DNA of 64,000 nucleotides from Botryllus schlosseri (Eukaryota). The notes under the pieces are model-generated. The model had not been told where the DNA came from. It saw only the letters and a program-made list of their open reading frames with translations, and searched no databases. The stretch covers positions 4,590,001-4,654,000 of the forward strand of contig CM119371.1 of NCBI GenBank assembly GCA_051294905.1. The letters are read 5' to 3'. Of this stretch, positions 38,622-49,195 are shown piece after piece. A program made the translations under genes and the position numbers. The stretch's first letter is position 1. Each line of letters opens with the position of its first letter.

Positions 38622-38661
38622 TTAACTCTTGAAAGAGGCACCCGAAAAGTCTTCGAGTTAA
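38622..38661 (+). ncRNA. Putative minimal type I hammerhead ribozyme (variant core)
   Basis: TTAACTC-TTGAAAGA-GG CAC CC-GAAA-AGTCT-TC-GAGTTAA: 7-bp stem I, short stem II, GAAA, near-palindromic stem III, UH cleavage site. Confidence 0.7.
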
Positions 38662-39186
38662 TAAATATTATTATACAATGGATATTGTATTGAAAGCTAT
38701 ATATAATAAATAGAAACTTTCTTCTCCTGTAGCAAAGCGGTTACTGGCTGGAATTGAACCAAATTTTGTGTTTAGGCTTAAATCAGGTAACCTAACAATT
38801 TTATCAAGTAGCCAGAACGATTTGAGAAAAAGTCATATTTTAAGAGCCCTAATGTCCATGTCAGAGAAACGTTTTAGGGTAGGCCTACTCATATGTCTCG
38901 CAGCGTTCTCTACATAATCGTCAATTGCGATACAAACTGTTTGCTTGTATTGGTAAAGCCATCCAACTTCGAATTGTAAAATGTTGGGAGTCTTGATATC
39001 AAATTTTTGAAAGGTGCACTTTGAGAAGATTTCGGAATCTGTCAAATTATACAAAAATTTAGCAAATTCTTTGACATATTTCATCTATTTGGGACTCGAT
39101 CAACGTAAAAGAATTGGTAATCATTTTATACAATATATTGTATTTGTAGTTGAAGTATAGTAATAATTCTTATGGTTACCGCACTT

Positions 39187-39260
39187 GTAACGATTCACGG
39201 CCATAACTGGAATAATTAGAATGGTAACGATTCACGGCCATAACTGGAATAATTAGAATG
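39187..39260 (+). repeat. Perfect 37-bp tandem duplication
   Basis: GTAACGATTCACGGCCATAACTGGAATAATTAGAATG x2. Confidence 0.9.
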
Positions 39261-41051
39261 ATGTAACTTTCAAATTGTCATGCATTTTGCAACAACATTG
39301 TTCTCAATTTTCAAGGTGCTGACCATTCGAGGAAGAATCACCCACCGGGAATTCACGATCCGTAAACGCGGCCGACTGTTTCTCTCCTCAAGCGGAAGCG
39401 ACAGAGAAGAGGAACGAAGAGAAAAAAGGAGCAGAAATAGCAAGAGTGCTGTGACAAGTCGCGTCCGTTCGCTTTAATGCGTATTTCCATCCGCGAAGTA
39501 GTAGGTGGGAAAACTAATGGGCGTTTGGTTAGCGCTTATATAAGGTTGACTCCAGCGCTGTATTTGCTAAATGTTGCTATGAAATAGGGGTGGTGTCATT
39601 TGGTATCAATATTGACTATTGAAAGACCATTTGTTAGTGGTCATGGATTTGTTCGGCCAGTATGCAGTAATTTCTGATGGTCACTTCCCGGGCTTCTGTT
39701 CTCTAACCCCTCATGATTGTTATTCTGCTTCTAGTAAGACTGTCGATTCTAATGTTTTATCGTATCATTTGTCGGAGGTTTCGCTCGCTTTATTTACAAC
39801 GTTTTGCTCTCTGCTAGGTCAATTACTGGCTGAGTATCACTACAGCCTAAGAAGCTGCACTAATTCTCATTTTAATGTCTTGCTGGTTATCTTGCTGTCA
39901 ATTCTAATGATTTATTAATGTCTATACCAGTGCCGCCACTCAAATGTTTTGTTCTCTGTACACAATATTATTAGGTCTTCAGCTTTCCATGCAGAGTATC
40001 ATTCCACTTTCTAGACTTGAGTATATATCTCTCCAACTAGCTGCCAAATAACTGATTCATTTGGATTGTTGAATTGATCATTTTGAACAGAATGTGAAGA
40101 AATTTTAGTCAAGAATTCTTTTTGTGTTAGTGGCTGTTTTCAAAGAGTGCTGAAGTAGTCATCGTTGATCTTGATAATCAAGTCGAAGTGACGATTGAAG
40201 TCAGTTCTCTAGTCATATAATATTAAAAAATATAATAATAAAACTTGAAAACATGAGTGGAAATAGTTCAGAATCGAATCCATTTTAGTAAGTATGGGCG
40301 AAAAAAATGTAGGAGTCATTCGTTAGTCGCTACCTCTGCCATTTTCGCAGTACGAATGTCTTAGCTATTAATCATCATTTTCATTTTATTTCTGCAGGGT
40401 GTTGAAAAGAAAAGGCCGCATGCTGGTTATTTAACTGGCTCATCAGAAGATGAAACCTGATGATAAGGACTGTTTTCACTTTCTTTCTAAAGACATTCGT
40501 TCGTTTGTTCGTTTTATTTTTTACAACGGCATTATTGCCAATTCGTTTGAAATTAAATTATCACAAATGTGATTAATATGTAGTAAATAATGTGGTGTGT
40601 GTACGCAGCCGTGATCAGGTTAAGCCCATAGTGGTAGAAAACAGGTTATTATATCAGGATCTTCTTCTTCTAACGTAGGATCTACATTCTACTCACCATG
40701 TTTAAAGGCTGTAGCATCTGCATAATATTTACATTATTGAAGGACATGGAAAAGACGTTGAATTGAGTCGACACAAAATCCCCCTTTCTACGACCTGCCA
40801 AGATCTAATATCTACTATATCGGCTCGGCTTTTCTACATCTTTGGTCTGTACTGTGTTTGCTGGGATCACAGATCAAAACACCGGTATCGAGATTGTGTC
40901 AACTAGTTGTTCGGTAACTATTTTTCTGAAAATCTTCATTTAGAACTAGACTAGAACTGCTCCCAAAGCCACTAGTCAGTTGACCATCAACCAACTAGTT
41001 TGTCAGTTTGTGCAAGTCTGTTCAGTTGCTCAACTGGATTTGTCTTGGTAG

Positions 41052-41227
41052 CTGTAGAACCTCTTCCTGAACAACAACATGGAGTGGAAGATTGAAGATC
41101 TTGGCCTAGCTACCAATGTCGACTTTGACAACCATTGAAGAACACTTTTTGTGCCACTCCCAGCTATATTGGTCCGCAAGAATGGACACAGTTTCAAAAT
41201 GGACATCTGGTTGCTGAGTTGTATTTT
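41052..41227 (+). pseudogene. PLK1: PLK1-like exon E4 copy
   Basis: L*NLFLNNNMEWKIEDLGLATNVDFDN../KNTFCATPSYIGPQ/NGHSFKMDIWLLSCI|gtgagt. Confidence 0.9.
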
Positions 41228-41384
41228 GTGAGTATGATGCAACACTCGTCTGGAATTCAATAAAAAGGGCTGCAAGGGCGTTAGAAATAGAGTTTGGCAA
41301 AATCAAGCGCATAAGCGATTTCCTTTTGAGCCGAGTATTAGTCTTCGACTCGTGTATCACTCATTATGTCGCCTTAACGGTATT

Positions 41385-41562
41385 TTTTGAGTTATTCATG
41401 GTGTTTGTCGACGACAATGGTCATTTACACCAGGCCAGTTTTCTGAATTTTTATTCCGTAGCTGTCGACTTGTAACACAGCCACTTCTAGGCTTTTAAGA
41501 CACCGCTTACTGCCATACACGGATAAGATGGCGAGAAGGAGCCTAGATAAACCTCACACACT
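41385..41562 (-). mobile_element. SINE family A, partial copy
   Basis: GGTCATTTACACCAGGCC, TAAGACACCGCTTAC and GGCGAGAAGGAGCCTAG match 6973-7252 in reverse. Confidence 0.75.
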
Positions 41563-42060
41563 TGGGTTGTGTTGTTTCTGGAGCCATAACCGTATGAAAG
41601 ATGTGCAAGTTGCAATATGTATCTTTTATGCTACCGCAAATAACATAATGTCAGATTACATTTGTTATTTTTTGACGATGCCTATTTCATTGCACTTTGT
41701 GACAATGCTGTGTGTTTATCACGACTTCAGAGAAATGTCATTTCCACTAACACTGTGCTTTATTACTATATATTTCTTAAGCTGTGATGCGGCCAATCGA
41801 TGTTCACAGCCTTCCTCAGTGGAAAATAGTATTCAAGTTATAGTTCTTGTTATTAAATTTACTGTTGGTGGCAAGAAGCGTATCATTTCATTACTGAAAA
41901 AAAAATCATCTCTCACTACTCGACTCGAGCCATAGTGCCATGGTTACATTGAAAAATCTAGTAACTGGACTCCATTTAGAATATGCAATGACTCAATTAT
42001 GACTTGTGACTCGAACATACTGACTCGTTTGCAACGCTAACCTATCATGATTTTTCCCAG

Positions 42061-42201
42061 CATGTCTTCTATTTACCCATCACAACGACTTACCGCGAAG
42101 CAAGCTCTGTCCAGTGACTTTTCCACGGCTACATTCCACAACAACTACCGACAACCTGCTTACCTGATTATCGGAAAGTCAACTTGAGCCAAGTTGCAAC
42201 A
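42061..42201 (+). pseudogene. PLK1: PLK1-like exon E6 copy
   Basis: ccag|MSSIYPSQRLTAKQALSSDF/HGYIPQQLPTTCL...|gtgaga. Confidence 0.8.
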
Positions 42202-43937
42202 GTGAGATTTTTAAAATTCTATAATATGGTTACGGCTGGGCAAAATCGAGTACCTGAGCGAATCGATTCTAGATCGAGTATTAGACTTCTAGTCAAGAAC
42301 TCGAGTACCATCTATAATGACAATATAGCAGTATGAAAGGTGTAGAAAGTTAAGTATGTAGCCGCAAACAATATAACGCCAGTTGCACATCAAGATAATA
42401 TTGTATTTTTTCGACTACACCTATTTCATTACACTTTGCTGTTGGTTGATCACGACTCACAGATATGTCACCGATGCTTACAGCCTTCTATAATGGGAAT
42501 TATAATCGAATCACTTGGGTGCTTCGCGTTTCACCAAGACCTACATAGGACATGTATTCATGTAATTTCAATTAGAAAGGCTCACCGATATGCAAAATTA
42601 GTTGTCGAATTTGACCATCACAAATGAAGATGATGAAATTATGAACCTTCACAAAAGAAGGCAAGTCATCACAGAACCAGAGACTCGTTATTACATGCAA
42701 CAGATTCTGCTGGTAGTTGTTTGTCGTCACGATGGTAAGATTACTCAAACTGATATCAAGGTAACATTTGGTTGCAGTGATACCGGACTTGTACCAACCA
42801 CTGGATTTATGGAAATGTGCTGCTAGTACTAGAACTAGACTCACTTTCCAGAATTTTCAACTATAACTGGAACAAATGACCGTTAAGAATCCACAACTAA
42901 CCACTTAACTAACATATTAATTACTGAATTGCAATGAACTAAGAAATGAGAACATGACACAACAGGTAAAATGGCATCACGATTCACATGAAACGTGTTT
43001 TCTAGTTGTCCGACATCTAAACTTTTCAAATCCGCGACTACAACTACTAAAAAAGCAGTAGTTTGTTGGCCATCAACTAACTAAATTGGGAATTTGTACC
43101 AGTCTGAATGCTTGTGTAACTAAATGTGAAATTTGTAGTAAAAGCTGGAGAATCTATTCCTGAGCAACAACATGAAGATTGGAGATTTTGACCTAGCTAC
43201 CAGAGTCGACTTTGACAGCCAAACAAGGAACACGTTTTGCGGCACATCCAACTATATTGCCCCGGGAGTTGTAGGGAAGTAATGACACAATTTCAAAGTG
43301 GACACTCGGTCAATGGGTTGTGTTTTGTGAGTATGACGCAGCATTGGTGTTGTAAGGGTCTTAGGTGTAGAGGTGTAAAATATTGCGCACCCGAGTAATT
43401 CTATTCTAAATCGAGTCGAGGATTTGAGTAGCATTCATTACAGCGTCAACAACATTATGAATGCAGTTCTACATGATATTAAAGATAATTTTGTGTTTTT
43501 TCGGCCGTGCTTATTTCATTGCACTTTGTGGCAATGCTGTGAGTTGATTCCTTCAGAGATATGTCATTCCTACTAACGTGTGTAGTTTTGTTATACATGT
43601 TTTGCATGCTGCGATACGACCAATCGAGGTTTACAACCTTCCACAGAGGAAATCAGTGTAGAAACTATAATTCTTGTCGATAAATTCACTCTTACTATGA
43701 AGGAACGTGTCATTTTAGCACTGGAAAAGAATCATCTCTCACTACTGAGCTCGAACGATCAGAATTGATACTCGATTCAGATTCGGGCACTTGAATCATT
43801 GTGTCCAAGATTATCGGTAATTTCTGGTATTAAGAGTCATCTGACCAACAAACATACCTATTGGCAACTTGATGAACGTTTTGCTCTATTGTAGATATAC
43901 ATTGTTGGCCGGTAGGCCACCGTTTGACGGCCAGACT

Positions 43938-44285
43938 CGACTTGACTCGAGTCAAATTGTGTAATAACGTCATATGACTTGTGACTCGAAGATTTACTTG
44001 ACTTGATCCGAGTGACCGTCTAAAACCTAGTGACTTGACTCGAGTTAAACTATGCAATGACTCGATATGACTTGTGACTAGAAAATAATAACTTGACTTG
44101 ACTCGAGTCAAAATATGCAATGACTCGATATGACTTGTGACTAGAAAATAATAACTTGACTTGACTCGAGTCAAAATATGCAATGACTTGATATGACTTG
44201 TGACTAATAAATAGTAACTTGACTTGACTCGAGTCAAGATTGGCAAAGACTTGGATGACTTGTGACTTGAAGGCAACTTGATCCA
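43938..44285. repeat. GACTTGACTCGAGTC-rich MITE relic with ~63-bp tandem repeats
   Basis: Three near-identical ~63-bp units at about 44030-44240; replaces the 3' part of exon E5. Confidence 0.85.
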
Positions 44286-47200
44286 AACAACACTGACCTA
44301 CTGTAATTTTATCCACAGAATGTTATCTATTGACTCATCTCAACGACCTTCCGGAAAGCAAGTTGAGTCCAAAGCCAGTTTTTGCAAGGCTACATACCTC
44401 AACAACTACCGAACACCTTCTTGACTACCTCTATTACATTATCACAACACATCAACTCGAGACGACGTTCAATGGTGAGCTTTTTATAATTCTACGATAA
44501 CGTTGTGATATATTGCGGCCTGACTTGGACAACTAGATACTTTTAAGCTATTCAAATTGCAATACAGTTACAATTATAAATACAGTTTTTTGTTCAACTT
44601 GGACTAGAATTAGAATTATAGCTACACAATATTTGCCAAATTAGATTAGAATACTAATTATAGCTAGATATATAGTTTTCTTCAAAATAGTTTATGATCA
44701 AAATCATTGCTACTCAGGTTTTTCGAAATTACATTAGAATTTGATTTACTGAATTCGCGAAAACTATGAAATTGCATCAAGTTCGGTACATTTAAAATCA
44801 GAGTCCATTCTCATAAGCACGGGAATGGCAAATATCTGCTTGGATTGTTTTACATGATACAGTTCTCTCGTAGCAATTTCAGGAAAATCAGAAATTAGAT
44901 TAGAATTAAAATAATAACGTAGAAACATTTCACAAATTGAATATGAATTAGCTTACAGGTATTTCGCTGTAATTAGTGTAATTAAGCCGGATCAGTGTGA
45001 TTGGACCAAATCAAGTTTCTGTGTGAATCGATTCTGAGTCTAGTACTGAGTGTCGAGTAGACTAATCTAGTATCGGTCCCCGACAAGTAGTAGTTTACCG
45101 ATCATATCGAGTCTGTATCAGACTTTGAAAGAAATATCGGTATTGGCCATGAGCGGCGATACAATATCAACAATCTTGATGACGTCACAACTTGGTAGTA
45201 GGGAGTTAGACAACTCTAATCTATGACTGTTTGACTGGGGACATTCATATGTCATAATTCTAGACTACAGACATAGATGGTCGAAGTAGTCAGTAGAGTT
45301 TTCACTCAATTACAGGTGGCTTGGCTATGCTAGGTGGCTACTTCAGGTTCACGGCAATATATTGGGTGTTGTTTCAAGCCCTGTGGATGGCATTTTGTGT
45401 TTGTTTTTTTATGTAGACCGGCTGATTACAAAGGGTTGATCTAGATACCAGACCTTTTGAGTGTCTACCTAATATATCTGCTTTTTCTGTGACTTCAAAA
45501 TCTGATATTGGTCATGCTCTTGTCACGATACATTACAGAGCCTGCCAATCTTGCTAAGCTGTAGGGCTGGGTAAAATCGAGTATCTGGGTGATTTGAATC
45601 CGAATGTAATGTTAGATTTCAGTATAGTATTCCAGTACCCCGTACCATGAAGTTAATAACAGTTGTAATAACTTTAAAAGGTGACATAAGTATTGCTTGT
45701 GGCCGCAAGGAAAATGCCAGATACACTTCATGCAAAATAATTTCGTATTTTTAAAGCATCACTGTTTTGAAGCTATTGTGCGAGTTGATCTCTAAGAGAA
45801 ATATTTATGCTGAGATATGACTAACGGCGGTTTCGGGTAACCAATAGCAAAAGAGAAGTATTGAAACTATTTTTCGTTATTAATTTATTACGCTTGTCGC
45901 TTAGTGTAGGTGACGATGCCTGATAATCACGCTGTGGATTTGGAAACGTATGGTGTGTGACTTCGAATTTCAAGAATCCTATTAATTCACACTCTAATCA
46001 ATTATATGAAGTTTTACCAACTCATCACAAAGGTGATGCTATTGTCGACTAGTTGTATCAATTTAATCTTGTTATATTTTACAGGTGCTACTAATACAGA
46101 GACACAGACACTTGTTGGTGACAAGCCAGAGCGACCATCATATGCGGTAACAAATCACCAGACTTCCATATGACAGAATTGGATGCTCAGCTTCAGATAT
46201 TGATCAATAACAATTCAACGAGCAGCTTGCTATCATCTATCAATATGGGTGAGTCTTTGTGTAATCTATGATATTTTTATTTCGGATAGCTCTCTGAAAT
46301 GTAGGGTATTTCTACGAACCAGAGATTTAATATCTTGAAATCCGAAACTGGTATTGGGTCAAATCAATTCATGAGTGACAACTCTGTAGCAGACTTGGAC
46401 AACTTGAAAATTTCCACCTTTTCAAAATTACATTAGAATAACAATTGAAGCTCAATATTTTTTTTACATTAGACTAGAATTAGAATGATATCTGCATAGT
46501 TTTTTTTTTCAAACTTGGTAAAAATTAGTATTAGAGCTACACAGTTTTTTTTCTTCAAATTAGATTATAATTAGAATTACTGGAATTGCAAAAACTTGGA
46601 CTTAGAATCAAGTTCATTTCGTATCAAATTGTAGTTCGTTCTTATAGGCATGAAAATGGGAAATCTCGGTGCAAGCTAGACTCGCTTCGCACTATACAGT
46701 TCTCCTGTAGTATTTTCAGGAAATCCGGAAATTAGATTACAATGAGAGCATATAAACATTTCACAAATTAGATTATAATTTTCTAGTTATCCAAGTCTGC
46801 TCCGATTAAAATATCAGAAATTTCCTGTTACAATCCAGTTTATAAAATGATATTGACGCAAATCTGGCGATAACCAGATATCCGAAATTATTCTGAGCCA
46901 GTGCTGATCTTAAAATTCAAAAGGAAATGTTTAAATTCAAAGTTATTGGGAATTCCGTGTCCATGTTGTGTTAAACAGATACATCTCAACTCTTGCTGGT
47001 GTGTGACTTCACCTAAAGGATTCTTAGCCCTGGCTGACTTTTCAATTTTCGTATTTCAAAACTCCTTTCAATTCAAGTGATGAGGCAGAAGACCCAGCCG
47101 ATCAGCAAATGGGCGAATTTGACGGATAAAGCAGGATTTGGTATGGAAATCTTGGTATCAGGTTTGTACAGATCACAGGATTTTTAAATTAGAGCTAGAA

Positions 47201-47917
47201 CTACACACTTTCAAAACTTGCAACTAGAACTAGAACTTTTCAAAACTCACAACTAGATCTCGAACTGCTCACTTTAAAATCTGAAGTTAGAACTTACTTT
47301 CCAAAATATTCATCCACAACTAGAATAACTCTATTTTTTAAAGCTAAACTAGAAGTAGAGCTATTCACTTTTCAAACCTTGCAACTGCATTGCTCACTTT
47401 ACAAAACTTGCAACTAGAACAGGGGTTTTACACCACAGAAGCATTCTGAGAAGAGCGTCTGTTTCTGCGTCATGTCTGTTTGAGAAATTAGGGGTTTAAT
47501 GAAAGTTTGTCATATTCTTCCCGCAAGACATATATCGATATTGTCGAATTAAATGCACATCGAGTTATTCACCTGACTCTAATATTGAGACATAGTGGCA
47601 GTTATAGTGTCATAATGTAGCCTACAAGTCGAAAATGGGAGTGGGAGTAGCTCACTGTTGCCGCAACTAGAGCTAGTCACTTTTCAAAACTAGCAACTAT
47701 AACTGGAACTGGAACTACTCGCTTTTCAATACTCGCAACTACAACTAGAACTACTCTTTGTTTAAATCTCGCAATGACAACTTGAAAACCAGAAGTCGGA
47801 AATGCAGCAGTTAGTTGATCGTTAACTAACTGCTAGTCCGTACAAGTCTGCTTCAAACGTTTGTTTGTGCTCCAAAATATTGTATGAATTTTGATTGATT
47901 CACTTCATATTTCAGGC

Positions 47918-48381
47918 CAGGGTTGTAACCAAGTCATAAACCTCCGAGTCACAAGTCAATCTCAGTTTTATAGTTTTGACTCGAGTCAAGTCGATTCATT
48001 TGCAATTCACCACCGAGTCAAGTCGAGTCCAATTCACGGAACAGAGGTTCGAGTCCGAGTCATGGTGTTATGACTCGATCCGAGTCCAAGTCATTGTGTT
48101 AACTTCTCAGTTTCCAGTTAAAGTTACGTTAAACCCACTTTTATCATGTTGTTTGGTGATATCGAATGGTTCACATTTGCAAAATACTAATTTTCCTCAT
48201 TTTTAACAGTCTCCTGTCGCATTTTGAAATACCCGTACCAATACACGAAATCCCAATAGGGTGGTTACTTTACTTGTTCTTTAAAATTTTAATGAAATGT
48301 CGATCTTGGCCGTCTGAGTCTCGAGTCATATGACTTGGTTCGAGTCATCAGAAAATCATGTCTCGAGTCATTACAACCCTG
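47918..48381. mobile_element. hAT MITE (CAGGGTTGTAA family) inserted at a splice acceptor
   Basis: Perfect TIRs CAGGGTTGTAA / TTACAACCCTG, perfect TSD TTTCAGGC. Confidence 0.95.
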
Positions 48382-48822
48382 TTTCAGGCTACCCACGATG
48401 TGTCAACGGCAACGAAGTTCTTTTCAACGATAGCACGCGAATGCTTCTGTGCGCCAACAGAGACATGATAGAGTCCTACTACACACTCCAACAATACCTG
48501 AGCACTCTAACCAGGAGAGTGCATGTCCAAGTAATTGATCAAGGCGAGTCGAATAATATTGTTGCAATTTCATTGTAAAACAACAAGTGATGATTCTATA
48601 CTGATAGACTATATCAATGAGAGGTGGTCAGTAAAGAAGTACTTCCACTTTGTCAGTGTACTCAAGTACAAGAAACGGTTTTAAGACATGACAAATTGTA
48701 CTGCAAGTAGCTGTCAGCGTTGTAGAAGTAGAAGTAACAACATGGATTTCTACTCGATTACATTTGGGAGTAGCGGTTTAAGACATGATAAATCTAATTC
48801 GAGTAGCAGTTAACGTTGCTAC

Positions 48823-49195
48823 CAGGTTGTAATGACTTGAGTCCAAGATGGCCACGACAGCCATTTCATTGTCAATTCGAAGGATAGTCAAGTCACCACA
48901 TGATTGGTATTTCGTCTATCAGTCCTGATACTTGGAAAATAGGGCCAGAAACTGTTAGGACTGAAGACAATTACGATGTTATGAATGCGAGCCATTCTAT
49001 GTCACTCGAGAAGAGATGAAAAAGCGAGTTGAACCGGATTGGACTGAAAACTGATCACAATGACCTTGACCTTGAGTCACAACACTATGACTTGACTCGG
49101 TGATGAATTGAAAATGACTCGACTTGACTCGAATCAAAACTATTGAAGTGAGATTGACTTGTGCCTCGGATACTTGTCGCTTGGTTACAACCCTG
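48823..49195. mobile_element. hAT MITE (same family, opposite orientation)
   Basis: CAGGTTGTAA / TTACAACCCTG, TSD GTTGCTAC / GCTGCTAC; its right end plus flank is tandemly duplicated (about 49140-49297 and 49300-49456). Confidence 0.85.

Larger units (their letters stand above)
36949..38697 (+). mobile_element. Penelope-like retroelement (Penelope/Poseidon type), 5'-truncated
   Basis: RT plus GIY-YIG ORF, 3' UTR with hammerhead motif and AATAAA; TATATAA on both flanks. Confidence 0.95.
36430..38851. mobile_element. Foldback (palindromic) MITE of ~670 bp interrupted by a Penelope-like element
   Basis: Ends TAGGGCTCTT / AAGAGCCCTA; arms mirror around ~36760; right arm breaks at 36948 and resumes at ~38700. 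Confidence 0.85.
33441..40865. mobile_element. CACTA/EnSpm(CMC)-like non-autonomous element carrying nested insertions
   Basis: TIRs CCCAGCAAACACA / TGTGTTTGCTGGG, 2-bp TSD AT; flanks rejoin to CTGCAAGAACATCACAGATCAAAACACCGGTATC, homologous to the intron at ~25355-25390. Confidence 0.75.

Noticed and set aside
41528..41935. 135-aa ORF and other 60-150 aa ORFs in the track
   Set aside because: Overlap SINE, MITE or intron sequence with no recognisable domain
43938..44285. CRISPR-like regular repeats (also 1348-1490 and 34953-35010)
   Set aside because: No unique spacers or cas genes; eukaryotic TE subterminal or tandem repeats
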